A DNA stretch of 59,865 nt from Acidobacteriota bacterium (GCA_029263375.1 JAJCXP010000025.1:1-59865), one strand, 5' to 3'. Positions 18,301-27,049 are shown, numbered from the stretch's first letter. Notes: generated from the letters alone by a model not told the origin. Program-made: numbers and translations.

Positions 18301-18785
18301 CCAAGGCGCCGGAGGATCACTACAACCATTTCCACGTCGCCAGCTTCGCCAAGCGGCTCCGCGACCAGGGCGTCGGCGTCATGATCGGCGCCCACGGCCA
18401 GCGGGAGGGCCTGGGTGCGCACTGGGAGCTGTGGATGATGGGCCAGGGCGGCTTCACCCCCTGGGAGGCGCTGCGCGGTGGCACGGCCGACGGAGCCTGG
18501 TACCTGGGTCTCGATGGCGACGTCGGCTCGCTGGAGGTCGGCAAGCTGGCCGACCTGGTGATCATCGACGGCAATCCGCTCGAAGACCTGCGACGGTCCG
18601 AGTTCGTCAGCCACACGATGATCAACGGCCGCCTGTACGAGGCCGCGACCATGAATCAGGTGGCGCCGGACCGCGTCGACCGAGAACAGTTCTATTTCGA
18701 GCTCGAGGGGGGCGACACCATCCATCCGGCTACCGCGACTTGGCTCGAGACGTTCGAGATCAAGCACGGTTGGGTCCATCCATAG
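15390..18785 (+). CDS. Secreted PD40/TolB-like beta-propeller fused to a C-terminal amidohydrolase domain
   Basis: It has a signal peptide and an acidic linker. Repeated SPDG motifs (VSPDGS, YSPDGS, WSPDGD, FSPDGR, PSPDGK, VSRDGR, FSQDGQ, VSPDGR) mark the propeller. The amidohydrolase core follows (PGLIDVHAHG...GHTGIEH...GKLADLVIIDGNPLEDL). ATG 15390 is preferred over 15384 because of GGAGG spacing. Confidence 0.85.
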   Translation: MSSINSLVRRHSLGAFCALGLAVCWLAPVPTFASQDDDPAEESADGAPEDGEGEAEEGEEDTWDVNDPQGEFETITIDTTETTWSDVDVSPDGSNLIFDMLGDIYTVPIGGGEATAVTNEIAWSYQPKYSPDGSLIAFISDREGGDNLWVMNADGSEPRSLTDEKDNLVHTPSWSPDGDYLVAMKGFTSTRSIPAGEIWMYHVGGGGGLQITERPHGKEDQKNMAEPRFSPDGRYVYYSQDVTPGRVWQYNKDSADSLFAIKRFDLETGDDEIFVSGPGGAIRPTPSPDGKQLAFIKRLYGLVSAIYLKDLESGREWAIYDDFERDLQESSGSEGNAPAIAWTPDGGSIVFWSGGGFHRVEIASREVTRIPVHVSTEKKIQTALRVPVEVAPETVEVRMPRWAQYASSERVVFQALGHIYVKDLATARQRRLTDQTDHFEYHPSVSRDGRRVVYTTWDDQKLGSVRVTSIDGGAGRTLTPAPGHYVEPRFSQDGQRIVYRKITGGFLLSPFWSMEPGIYVVDVNGGEPERISESGFDAHFDAGGERVLFSENVDTTELALKSVGLDGHEERTHLQGAEVTEFSVSPDGRWVAFTEQFNGFVAPFARTGKKVTIGKSADAYPVKQVSKRAGEFLHWSSNSSELHWSHGANLYSRKLTDAFDFLAGSPEELPEPVEEGLDLRFEVAADVPGGTIAITGARIVTMRGARDGDREVIDNGTVVVEGNRITAVGATDEVAVPDGAFVLDAAGKTVIPGLIDVHAHGAMAQSEMNPQQNWAQYSNLAFGVTTVHDPSNDTSSIFSAAELQRTGKIVGPRIFSTGTILYGAHAPGFTAEVKSYDDALFHVRRLKEVGAISVKSYNQPRRDQRQQIIAAARELDMMVVPEGGMKFQHNMTEIVDGHTGIEHSLSLKTGYDDVVQLWSQTGTGYSPTFVVSYGGISGENYWYEHTNVWENERLLRYVPRSQVEPRAIRRTKAPEDHYNHFHVASFAKRLRDQGVGVMIGAHGQREGLGAHWELWMMGQGGFTPWEALRGGTADGAWYLGLDGDVGSLEVGKLADLVIIDGNPLEDLRRSEFVSHTMINGRLYEAATMNQVAPDRVDREQFYFELEGGDTIHPATATWLETFEIKHGWVHP

Positions 18786-18843
18786 CCGCGCGGCCATTGG
18801 ACCGATCACTCCGCCAACCGTAGTCTCGTCGTGAGCAGGCCGC

Positions 18844-19410
18844 TCAGGGCGAGGGCGCGCCGTAGAGCGCACGCACCACCGTCGCAGCGCCCTCGGCCGG
18901 CACCGTGACCACGAACAGGTGGTCGTACTCGGGGTCCGGGATCATGCAGCCGTGCTTCGGATCGATCTCGAACGGCGGACAGAGCGATGGTGCGCCCAGC
19001 GCCTCGATGATCTGGGGCACGCTGTTGCTGTGCCCGGCCACCAGGATCGTCTGACCTCTCTGATGGTCGAGAATCTCGCGCGCGACGTCGGCGGGCTCGG
19101 TGATCTCGAGCACCCGATCTGCCGGCAGACCGAGCGCCTCGACCGCCGGCGCGATCGTCATCCGGGTGCGCCGGTACTCCGAAGCGATGGCGACGGTGAC
19201 GCCGGCGCTCGCGACCGCAGCGACCAGTTCGCGCGCGCGCGCCTCGCCCTCCGGCCGGCTCAGCGACACGTCGCCGCCGGTGAGCTCCTTCTCGGCGTGG
19301 CGCACCAGGATCACGGTCGTCGAGTCGGCTGCTGCCGCCGAGCCGGAGAGAACCAGGCAGAAGGTGAGGGCGATCCCGAAGGTAAGGGCGATCAGGCTGG
19401 CTCGCATCAT
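18844..19410 (-). CDS. Secreted histidine phosphatase family protein (SixA/PGAM-like)
   Basis: It has a signal peptide, the RHxE motif (VILVRHAEKE) and the second catalytic His (ILVAGHSNSV). Confidence 0.7.
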   Translation of the reverse strand: MMRASLIALTFGIALTFCLVLSGSAAAADSTTVILVRHAEKELTGGDVSLSRPEGEARARELVAAVASAGVTVAIASEYRRTRMTIAPAVEALGLPADRVLEITEPADVAREILDHQRGQTILVAGHSNSVPQIIEALGAPSLCPPFEIDPKHGCMIPDPEYDHLFVVTVPAEGAATVVRALYGAPSP

Positions 19411-19599
19411 GCGTGTCGACTCTCCGTGGGAACTTCCTGCGTGCTCGGTCGGTCCATTCTAGTGCGCCCCGTGGCGGCCACCGACTCCTCCAGTCTCTCG
19501 ACTCGATCCGGCCGCCCCGGGTGCGCTCTGCGCGGCGCGCCCCAACGGACGTAGAATCGCCGTGTCAACCCGAGGACAGAATCGCTACAGGAGACTCCA

Positions 19600-20697
19600 A
19601 TGAATCCCGCAATCCTCCGTGCCGCACTCACTCTCGCGCTGCTCGTCGCTATCCCACTCTCTCTCGCCGCCGCCGGCCCGATGACCGTCGGCGCGCTCGA
19701 ATTCGGGCCCGGCGACACGCTGTTCGTCGCCGATTCCAAGGGTGCGGCGATCTGGGCGATCAAGACGGGATTCTCGAGTGAAGGCTCCTCGGAAGAGGCG
19801 GAGGGCGTGAGCGACCTCGACGCCAAGCTCGCCGCCATGCTCGGCGTGGACGTGCGCGAGGTCTTCATCAAGGACCTGGCCGTCCACCAGCCCTCGGGCA
19901 CCAGCGTGCTGTCGATCCTGCGCGGCTCCGGGGAGGATCTGACCCCGGTGCTGATGACCGTCTCGCGCTCCGGCGAGCTCGCCGAGCTCACGCTCGAGGG
20001 CCGAGAGGTCAGCAAGCTCGACATCGGCAACGCGCCCGGTCCGGAGGCGATGTCGGGCAGGCGCAAGGCGCGCGCCTACGCCGTCACCGACCTCGAATAC
20101 ATCGACGACCAGCTATACATTGCCGGCCTGTCCAACGAGGAGTTCGCCTCGAGCCTGCGGCGCGCCGCCTTCCCGTTCGACGGCAAGATCGAGACCACCG
20201 GCCTCGAGATCTTTCACGGTGCGCACGACGCCTACGAGACCCACGCGCCGATCTTCACCTTCATGCAGTACGAGCTCAACGGCAAGCCACACGTGGTCGC
20301 GAGCTACCTGTGCACGCCGCTGGTCACCTTCCCGGTCGAGCAGCTCAAGAACGGCACCAAGCTGCGCGGCAAGACCATCGCCGAGCTCGGCTTCGGCAAC
20401 ATCCCGCTCGACATCCTCCCCTACGAGTACCAGGGCGAGCGCTACGTGCTGCTCTCGAACACCAACCGCGGCACCATGAAGTTCAAGGCCAGCGACATCG
20501 AGGCGGCGAACACCCGCGACGGCATCACGACCGGCGTTTCCGACGCCGAGACGGTCAAGGGCGCGCCCTACATCGGCTCGCCGCTCGGCCACGTGGTGCA
20601 GATCGCGGAGTTCGACGACGACAGCATCATGGTGCTCTCCCGAGCCGGAGAGAACGGCGCCCTGACGCTTGGCCCCCGCAACAAGAAGTGGCTCTAG
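19600..20697 (+). CDS. Secreted hypothetical protein
   Basis: It has a good SD (CAGGAGA), a signal peptide (LTLALLVAIPLSLAAA) and genome-typical codon usage. I recognise no family. Confidence 0.6.
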   Translation: MNPAILRAALTLALLVAIPLSLAAAGPMTVGALEFGPGDTLFVADSKGAAIWAIKTGFSSEGSSEEAEGVSDLDAKLAAMLGVDVREVFIKDLAVHQPSGTSVLSILRGSGEDLTPVLMTVSRSGELAELTLEGREVSKLDIGNAPGPEAMSGRRKARAYAVTDLEYIDDQLYIAGLSNEEFASSLRRAAFPFDGKIETTGLEIFHGAHDAYETHAPIFTFMQYELNGKPHVVASYLCTPLVTFPVEQLKNGTKLRGKTIAELGFGNIPLDILPYEYQGERYVLLSNTNRGTMKFKASDIEAANTRDGITTGVSDAETVKGAPYIGSPLGHVVQIAEFDDDSIMVLSRAGENGALTLGPRNKKWL

Positions 20698-22018
20698 CCT
20701 GATCTTCTCACCCATCACTTGCGATGAGCCGTATGTCACTGAATCTGCTGCGTTACCCGGTCGCTCCGCTCCTCGACGTACGTCGAGTACGCCTGCGTCG
20801 CTTCGCACCCGGAAGCCTTGCATCTCCAGCGACCTACGCCCCCATGCCGCGCGATGGGGTGAGAAGATCAGGCTAGCGCTGACGGCGACGGTCGCGCGGA
20901 CGCTCGTGCTGTCGGTCCTGGCGGCCGGAGCGCTGCGCGCGGAGCCGCCGCGGGTTCTGTTCACCGCTGACGGCGAGCGCACGGTGGTCGAGGTACGCGG
21001 ACTCGAGCCTGACCGGCTCGCCGAGCTCCGACGGACGCCGCCGGCCGATTGGACCCGCCTGCTGATGGTCCATACCGAGGAGGCGAGCCTCGCGCCGGGG
21101 CTGCCGCCACTCATGGGCTCCTACTCGATCGAGGCCGACGCGATTCGATTCACGCCGCGCTTCCCGCTCGCTTCGGGAGTGCCCTACGTCGCCAGCTGGC
21201 ACGACCCGAATGCCGCCGGCGAACCGGTGGGCGCCCGCTTCGAGCAGTCCCGGGCCGAACTGCCGCCCTCGACCACGCTCACCGGGATCTTTCCGAGCGG
21301 CGCCCAGGTGCCCGAGAATCTGCTGCGCATCTACCTGCAGTTCTCGGCGCCGATGAGTCAGGGCCGGGCGCACGATCACATCCGGCTCCTGGACGAGTGG
21401 GGCGACCCGGTCGATGGGCCGTTCGTCGCCCCCGAGCGTGAGCTCTGGAGCCCGGACGGAACGCGGCTGACGCTGTTCTTCGATCCCGGCCGGATCAAGC
21501 GCGGCGTCGGGCCCAACGCCGAGGTCGGCCCGCCGCTGCGCGCTGGCGCAAGTTATCGCCTGGAGGTCGATCACGAGATCCCCGACGCCCGCGGTGTGCC
21601 GCTGGTGCGCGACTACTTCAAGGAGTTGTCCGTCGTACCGCCCGACCGCGAACAGCCGCGGACCGAAGAGTGGCGGTTGACGCCACCCGAGTCACCTACG
21701 GCAGAAGTGCGGCTGGACTTTCCCGAGCCGCTCGACCATGGACTGCTCCACGGACTGCTGGTGGTCCTGGACGCGTCAGACATGGCGGTAGAGGGTCGGA
21801 CCACCGTCCACCCCGGCGAGATCGCCTGGAGCTTCGAACCGCACAACGGCTGGGGCAAAGGTATCTATCGCATCCGTGTCGCGACCCTGCTCGAGGATCT
21901 GGCCGGCAACAGCCTGGAGCGCCCGTTCGAGGTCGTACTCGACAGCGCCGACTGGGACGCGGACGACGGCCCGCGCTACATGGATCTGACCTTCGGGCTG
22001 CCTTCGCGGCGCCCCTAG
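20669..22018 (+). CDS. Secreted hypothetical protein with bacterial Ig-like (SbsA/Big_5-like) C-terminal domain; start codon uncertain
   Basis: The signal-peptide-like segment (RLALTATVARTLVLSVLAAGALRA) begins only at ~20869, inside the right arm of the palindromic element. The only in-frame ATG (20669) lies inside the previous gene. The C-terminal part (EIAWSFEPHNGWGKGIYRIRVATLLEDLAGNSL) looks Ig-like. Confidence 0.55.
   Translation: MAPATRSGSSLIFSPITCDEPYVTESAALPGRSAPRRTSSTPASLRTRKPCISSDLRPHAARWGEKIRLALTATVARTLVLSVLAAGALRAEPPRVLFTADGERTVVEVRGLEPDRLAELRRTPPADWTRLLMVHTEEASLAPGLPPLMGSYSIEADAIRFTPRFPLASGVPYVASWHDPNAAGEPVGARFEQSRAELPPSTTLTGIFPSGAQVPENLLRIYLQFSAPMSQGRAHDHIRLLDEWGDPVDGPFVAPERELWSPDGTRLTLFFDPGRIKRGVGPNAEVGPPLRAGASYRLEVDHEIPDARGVPLVRDYFKELSVVPPDREQPRTEEWRLTPPESPTAEVRLDFPEPLDHGLLHGLLVVLDASDMAVEGRTTVHPGEIAWSFEPHNGWGKGIYRIRVATLLEDLAGNSLERPFEVVLDSADWDADDGPRYMDLTFGLPSRRP
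20694..20876. mobile_element. 183-bp MITE-like palindromic element with perfect 20-bp terminal inverted repeats
   Basis: ctagcctgatcttctcaccc (20694-20713) is the exact reverse complement of gggtgagaagatcaggctag (20857-20876). The arms extend to 23 bp with one bulge. A central 16-bp perfect palindrome, ctcgacgtacgtcgag, lies at 20772-20787. I saw no second copy in this window. Confidence 0.5.
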
Positions 22019-22741
22019 CTAAGGCCCGACCAGCTCCAGAATCTCTTTGCAGCGCTTGAGCCGCGCCCACCCCAGCGCCCAGCTGCCGTCGGCGAGCCGC
22101 AGATCGGGTGCGGCCTCCGCGAGCACCCGGACGGTGTCCGTCTGGCAGGCGCCGATGGTCAGGTGGTCGAGATCGGCGACGCCGCGCACCGCGCGTGAGA
22201 GCGCGGTCTCGCCGTCGGGGCTCTCGGCCAGCGGGTCGGCGCCGCGCTCGATCAACAGTTCAACGACCCGGTCGAAGCCGTAGCCGGCCGCCATCATCAA
22301 CGGCGTCAGACCCTCCGTCGACGCCGCGTTGGGGTCCGCGCCCGAGTTGAGCAGCGCGCGCACGACGTCCACCTCGCGGACGTGAATCGCGTGCATGAGC
22401 GGTGTCCAGCCGGTCGAGCCGCCGTCGCGCAGATCGGGGTCGGCGCCGCGCGAGATCAGCGGGCTCACCAGCCGCACGTGCCCGCGCTGTACCGCCCGAA
22501 TCAGCGGCGTCTTTCCCCCGCCGTCGATCGGATTCGGATCGGCGCCCTCGGCCAGCAGCCGGACCAGCGTCGGCCGATCGCCGGTCTCGGCCGCGGCGGC
22601 CAGTGGGCCGGAGGGCTCGTCGCCACAGCCGATCATGGACGCGACCGCGAGTGTCAGGAGCGCGCTCAAGGGCCAGCGACCCGGGAAGAGCCTCAGACCC
22701 GCCAGACCCGCCAATGGAAGGACTCGATTCCGTCGCGGCAT
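22019..22741 (-). CDS. Ankyrin-repeat lipoprotein
   Basis: It has a lipobox (ASMIGC) followed by 4-5 ankyrin repeats (GKTPLIRAVQRGHVRLVSPLISRGADPD, GWTPLMHAIHVREVDVVRALLNSGADPN, GLTPLMMAAGYGFDRVVELLIERGADP). Confidence 0.85.
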   Translation of the reverse strand: MPRRNRVLPLAGLAGLRLFPGRWPLSALLTLAVASMIGCGDEPSGPLAAAAETGDRPTLVRLLAEGADPNPIDGGGKTPLIRAVQRGHVRLVSPLISRGADPDLRDGGSTGWTPLMHAIHVREVDVVRALLNSGADPNAASTEGLTPLMMAAGYGFDRVVELLIERGADPLAESPDGETALSRAVRGVADLDHLTIGACQTDTVRVLAEAAPDLRLADGSWALGWARLKRCKEILELVGP

Positions 22742-22746
22742 CGGGT

Positions 22747-23940
22747 CTATTCTCTATCACCCGGAGCGCCGCGCACGGCGACCTTCCGACCGCGCCACGC
22801 GACACCGCGACCGGCAACGTGGCTCCAGGCCGACGAGACCGTCATGAGGCCGAACAGCAGGCTCGAGAGCGGTAGCACCAACGAATAGCGCGCCTTCAGC
22901 CCGTGGTGCCGGACGGCCGGGAGCAGGGCGCGGAACTGGAGCGCCAGCGTCACGAGCGCCCAGAGCAACACCCGCCAGCCGGCAGACGCTCCGGCAAGCG
23001 CCGCGCCGAGGCCCAGGAGAGCGACGATCGGCGGCGCCACGAAGAGGACGCCGAGACCGATCAGGACCAGGATCAGCCGTTCCGGCCGGTAGCCGAGCTG
23101 ATCGTAGGCGCTGCGCGCCACCATGGCCCAGAGATGTGCCAGGCGAGTGTACGGACGAAGCGACCGGATGCCGGTGTCGAGCCCCAACCAGATTCGACCA
23201 CCGGCCGCCGCCACCGCCCGGGCGAGCGCCACGTCATCGATCACCGCACCGCGGATCGCGGCGACGCCGCCGGCCCGCTCCAGGACGCTGCGGCGCACGA
23301 GGACGCAGCCGCCCGCGGCTGCTGCGATCTTCGAGCCGGCTTCGGCAACCCTTCTGAACGGGTAGAGCAGCTGGAAGAAGTAGACGAAGGTCGGCACCAG
23401 CAGACGCTCCCAGAACGAATCGGCGCGCAGGCGCGCCATCACCGACACCAGGTCGTAGCGGTCACCCGCCTGCTCGAGCAGCGCGCGCACCGAGCCCACC
23501 CGGTGCTCGATGTCCGCATCGGTCAGGAGCAGCCAGGCGTCCTCGTCAACCGAGACGGCGGCAGCCGCCTCGATCCCCCGTTCGAGCGCGTGCACCTTGC
23601 CCGCCCAGCCGACCGGCGTCTCTCCGGCGGCGATCACCCGGAGCTTCGCGGTGTCGCCCGCGATCTCGGCGGCGATCTCGGCGGTCGCGTCCTCGGAGCC
23701 GTCGTCGACCAGCACGGTCGTCTCGATGGCGGACTGGCGCAGGAGCGAGGGCAGGGTTTGCGGCAGCAGCTCCGCTTCGTTGCGGGCCGGGACGACCGCG
23801 ATCACCGACGGGACCGGCCCGTCCAGAGCGCGATCCCCGGCCGGAAGCCGCATTTCGGTGGGCCACGCCCGGGCTCGATCGAGAGCGAGACAGATCCAGA
23901 ACAGACACGCGATCCCCGCCAGCGCTTCAAGCGCGATCAA
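22747..23940 (-). CDS. Membrane glycosyltransferase family 2 (HpnB-like)
   Basis: GT2 signatures are present (VIAVVPARNEAELL, LVDDGSEDAT, LLTDADIEH) with flanking TM helices. I chose TTG 23940, which gives an N-terminal TM (IALEALAGIACLFWICLAL). The track ORF reaches 24117, so the start is uncertain. Confidence 0.7.
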   Translation of the reverse strand: MIALEALAGIACLFWICLALDRARAWPTEMRLPAGDRALDGPVPSVIAVVPARNEAELLPQTLPSLLRQSAIETTVLVDDGSEDATAEIAAEIAGDTAKLRVIAAGETPVGWAGKVHALERGIEAAAAVSVDEDAWLLLTDADIEHRVGSVRALLEQAGDRYDLVSVMARLRADSFWERLLVPTFVYFFQLLYPFRRVAEAGSKIAAAAGGCVLVRRSVLERAGGVAAIRGAVIDDVALARAVAAAGGRIWLGLDTGIRSLRPYTRLAHLWAMVARSAYDQLGYRPERLILVLIGLGVLFVAPPIVALLGLGAALAGASAGWRVLLWALVTLALQFRALLPAVRHHGLKARYSLVLPLSSLLFGLMTVSSAWSHVAGRGVAWRGRKVAVRGAPGDRE

Positions 23941-24103
23941 GCCGCGAGCCCCGGCACGATCGAGCCGCTCGGCCGAACGCTCTCGCGGTCCGGAGGCTCC
24001 ATGCAGGGTGCCGCAATCTGACGTTTCTGCATTAACCGCGACTCTACAGGCCGTGGATCGTCTGCTAGCCTCGCTGCTCCCTAGAGATGACCAAGGAGAG
24101 ACG

Positions 24104-25900
24104 TTGACCTGGCGCACCGTCCTTGCGAGCCCGATTCTCCTGATCGCTGCCCTCGGGTGCGACTCCGGAGACCCGACCCGCTCCGGCGCGGACCTCGTTC
24201 TGCGCGGCGGCCGCGTCTACTCACTGGCCTGGCCGGATCCCGATCCGAAGGGCGCGCCGGCCGCTGGAGCACCTCGAAGCGCCGACGGTTGGCGTCCCGA
24301 CGCCCAGGCCATCGCGGTAGTCGACGGACGAATCGTCGCGGTCGGCGGCGACTCCGAGGTCGCATCGTGGATCGGCCCGGAGACCCGGGTCGTCGAGCTC
24401 GGCGGGGCGACCGTGCTGCCGGGGATGATCGACTCGCACACCCACGTAGTGTCCTACGGCGAGCTGATCGGCCGAGTCAGCCTGCTCGGGGTCGAGACCG
24501 AGGAGGCAGCGGTCGAGCGCATCGCGGCCGCGGCAGCGACGACCCCCGCCGGCGAGTGGATCGTCGCCTGGGGCTTCGACGAGGGCGCCTGGGCGAACCG
24601 CCTGCCGGACAAGACGCTGCTCACGGAGCGAGTGCCCGATCACCCGGTGCATGCAATCAGCCTGCACGGTTTCGTCACCTGGGAGAACCAGATGTCGCTA
24701 GACCGGGCCGGCATCACCGGCACGACGGATGCCCCGGTTGGCGGGTCGATTGAACTCGACGACGCCGGCGACCCGACCGGAATCCTGCGCGACAACGCGA
24801 GCGATCTCTACGCCGAGATCATCCCGGCGGCGACCCTCGACCAGCGGATCGAGAACGCCCGCCGCGGGCTCCAGGCGATGGCCGACCTCGGCTACACCGC
24901 CGTGCACGACGCCGGCGTCCGGCGCGGCGACCTCGAGGCGTTCACGGCGCTTGCCGATCGGGGTGAGCTGCCGATCCGGGTCTACGCCATGCTAGCGATC
25001 GACGACGAGCAGTTGATTCGCGAGTGGATCGAGCGCGGGCCGGCGGTCGAGCCGCGCAACCGGCTGACCGTGCGCTCGGTCAAAGCGTATTACGACGCCT
25101 CACTCGGCGCCCGCGGCGCGCGGCTGCTCGAGGACTACGCAGATCGGCCGGGTCATCGAGGCGTGAGCGGCGGCGACTACGGCTTCGATCGGGCACTCGC
25201 GATCGAGGCGATGCGCGCCGGCTTCCAGCTTGGCATTCACGCCATCGGCGACGCCGGCAACCGCGAGACGCTCGACTTCTTCGAATCGGCCTTCACCCAA
25301 GCGCCCGGCGCAGAGAACAACCGACACCGGATCGAGCACGCCCAGATCGTCCATCCGCTCGACCAGCCACGCTTCGGCGCGCTCGGCATCATCGCCTCGA
25401 TGGAGCCACCGCACGCGGTCGAGGACAAGAGCTGGGCCGAGGATCGCCTCGGGCCGGAGCGGGTGCGTCACGGCTACGCATGGCGCTCGCTGCGAGAGCA
25501 GGGCGCCCGGCTGGCGTTCAACTCGGACATGTCGGGCTCGGATCCGAACCTGTTCTACGGCCTGCACGCCGTGGTCACCCGTCGCGGCAAGGATCGTCGG
25601 CCCCCAGGCGGCTGGTTTCCCGAACAGGCGCTGACGCCCGAGGAGGCCGTCCGTGCCTACTCGCTCTGGAACGCCTTCGCCGGCTTCGCCGAAGGCGAGA
25701 CCGGCACTCTCGAGGTCGGCAAGCTCGCGGACATGACGGTGACCGATCTCGACCCGTTCGTGGTTGGCGTGGATGATCCCGACCGACTGCTCGCGGGTGA
25801 AGTGCTGATGACCATCGTCGGCGGCGAGATCGCCTTCGAGTCGGGTGTCACCGAGCCGGTGCCGGGAGCGCTCTACAAGAACCCACTCGAGCTACCCTGA
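24104..25900 (+). CDS. Lipoprotein amidohydrolase, Amidohydro_3 / YtcJ-like family
   Basis: TTG 24104 is preceded by AAGGAG and gives a lipoprotein signal (ILLIAALGC). The body carries [20 protein letters not shown] and a C-terminal GKLADMTV. The 198-codon upstream track extension is antisense to the GT2 gene. Confidence 0.85.
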   Translation: MTWRTVLASPILLIAALGCDSGDPTRSGADLVLRGGRVYSLAWPDPDPKGAPAAGAPRSADGWRPDAQAIAVVDGRIVAVGGDSEVASWIGPETRVVELGGATVLPGMIDSHTHVVSYGELIGRVSLLGVETEEAAVERIAAAAATTPAGEWIVAWGFDEGAWANRLPDKTLLTERVPDHPVHAISLHGFVTWENQMSLDRAGITGTTDAPVGGSIELDDAGDPTGILRDNASDLYAEIIPAATLDQRIENARRGLQAMADLGYTAVHDAGVRRGDLEAFTALADRGELPIRVYAMLAIDDEQLIREWIERGPAVEPRNRLTVRSVKAYYDASLGARGARLLEDYADRPGHRGVSGGDYGFDRALAIEAMRAGFQLGIHAIGDAGNRETLDFFESAFTQAPGAENNRHRIEHAQIVHPLDQPRFGALGIIASMEPPHAVEDKSWAEDRLGPERVRHGYAWRSLREQGARLAFNSDMSGSDPNLFYGLHAVVTRRGKDRRPPGGWFPEQALTPEEAVRAYSLWNAFAGFAEGETGTLEVGKLADMTVTDLDPFVVGVDDPDRLLAGEVLMTIVGGEIAFESGVTEPVPGALYKNPLELP

Positions 25901-25958
25901 CCGCTCGTTGGACCCGCCAGGGTCGATCCGGTATCTTTCGCCGCGACTGGAGACATCT

Positions 25959-26726
25959 ATGGAAACCACAGACAAGACATTCCTGATCAGCGGCGGCGCC
26001 TCCGGACTCGGCGAGGCGACCGCGCGCGCACTGTCCGCGGCCGGCGCCAACGTCGTTCTGGCCGATCTGAACCAGGAGCGCGGCGAGGCGCTCGCGGCCG
26101 AGCTCGGCGACGGCGCCCGCTTCGTGGCGACCGACGTCACCGACGAGGTCGCGGTCGGCAGGGCGATCGCCACCGCCCGTGACGATTTCGGCGGCCTGAA
26201 CGGCGCGGTCAGTTGCGCCGGAGTCGGCGATCCCGCGAAGGTGCTCGGCAAGCACGGCCCCCATCCGCTCGAGCTTTTCCGGAAGGTGATCACGATCAAT
26301 CTGATCGGCACCTTCAACGTGCTGCGTCTCGCCGCCGAGGCGATCGCCGAGAGCGAGCCCGACGCCGAGGGCGAGCGCGGCGTGATCGTCAACACCGCCT
26401 CGGTCGCCGCGTTCGAGGGCCAGATCGGCCAGGCGGCCTACGCTGCGTCCAAGGGCGGCGTAGTCGGCCTCACGCTGCCGGCCGCCCGCGAGCTGGCGCG
26501 CCACGGGATCCGCGTGGTGACCATCGCGCCCGGGCTGTTCGACACGCCGCTGATGGCGGGCCTACCCGAGGCGGCGCGCGAGTCGCTGGGCCAGCAGGTG
26601 CCGTTCCCGTCGCGTCTCGGTCGGCCGCAGGAGTACGCCGATCTGGTGGTGCACGTCGTCGCCAACCGAATGCTCAACGGTGAGGTGATCCGGCTGGATG
26701 GGGCGATTCGGATGGCGCCGCGGTAG
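25959..26726 (+). CDS. SDR family oxidoreductase (3-hydroxyacyl-CoA dehydrogenase type-2-like)
   Basis: [25 protein letters not shown] contains the TGxxxGxG-type motif, and YAASKGGV is the YxxxK catalytic motif. Confidence 0.85.
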   Translation: METTDKTFLISGGASGLGEATARALSAAGANVVLADLNQERGEALAAELGDGARFVATDVTDEVAVGRAIATARDDFGGLNGAVSCAGVGDPAKVLGKHGPHPLELFRKVITINLIGTFNVLRLAAEAIAESEPDAEGERGVIVNTASVAAFEGQIGQAAYAASKGGVVGLTLPAARELARHGIRVVTIAPGLFDTPLMAGLPEAARESLGQQVPFPSRLGRPQEYADLVVHVVANRMLNGEVIRLDGAIRMAPR

Positions 26727-26734
26727 GGGTGTTG

Positions 26735-26809
26735 GACAAGGGGAGAGCCCTCCCCTTAGACCCCTCCTGAGTGTCTGACAAGGGGAGAGCCCTCCCCTCA
26801 AACCCCTCC
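26735..26809 (+). repeat. Two tandem copies of a 33-nt hairpin-containing repeat joined by tgagtgtct (REP/BIME-like), forward orientation
   Basis: gacaaggggagagccctccccttagacccctcc, then tgagtgtct, then gacaaggggagagccctcccctcaaacccctcc. Each unit holds the small hairpin GGGGAG-agcc-CTCCCC. Confidence 0.8.
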
Positions 26810-26989
26810 GATCGGGCCGGGTCGGTTGTGGATCGTGGCTGGGATGGGGCGTGACGATCCGGCTCTGTGAGGGATCGGTAGAACGATCGAGGCTCTCGGA
26901 CCGCCCTTGACCCACGAGACGGCATGCCGGCCTCCGATCGTGTCGCAGGTCAGATCGGGGCCAACCGCCTCCAGCTACCCCCACCAATA

Positions 26990-27049
26990 GGAGGGGTCTA
27001 AGGGGAGGGCTCTCCCCTTGTCAGACACTCAGGAGGGCTCTCCCCTTGT
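26990..27049 (-). repeat. Inverted copies of the same repeat (one exact 33-nt unit plus linker plus one truncated unit)
   Basis: 26990-27022 is the exact reverse complement of 26735-26767. 27023-27031 is the reverse complement of the tgagtgtct linker. 27032-27049 is a truncated unit. Confidence 0.8.

Noticed and set aside
26735-27049. A possible CRISPR array, because short repeats of ~33 nt are present.
   Set aside because: There are only about two copies on each side, in opposite orientations. The spacing is irregular (9 nt and ~180 nt), and no cas genes are in the window. The pattern fits REP/BIME-like repeats better.
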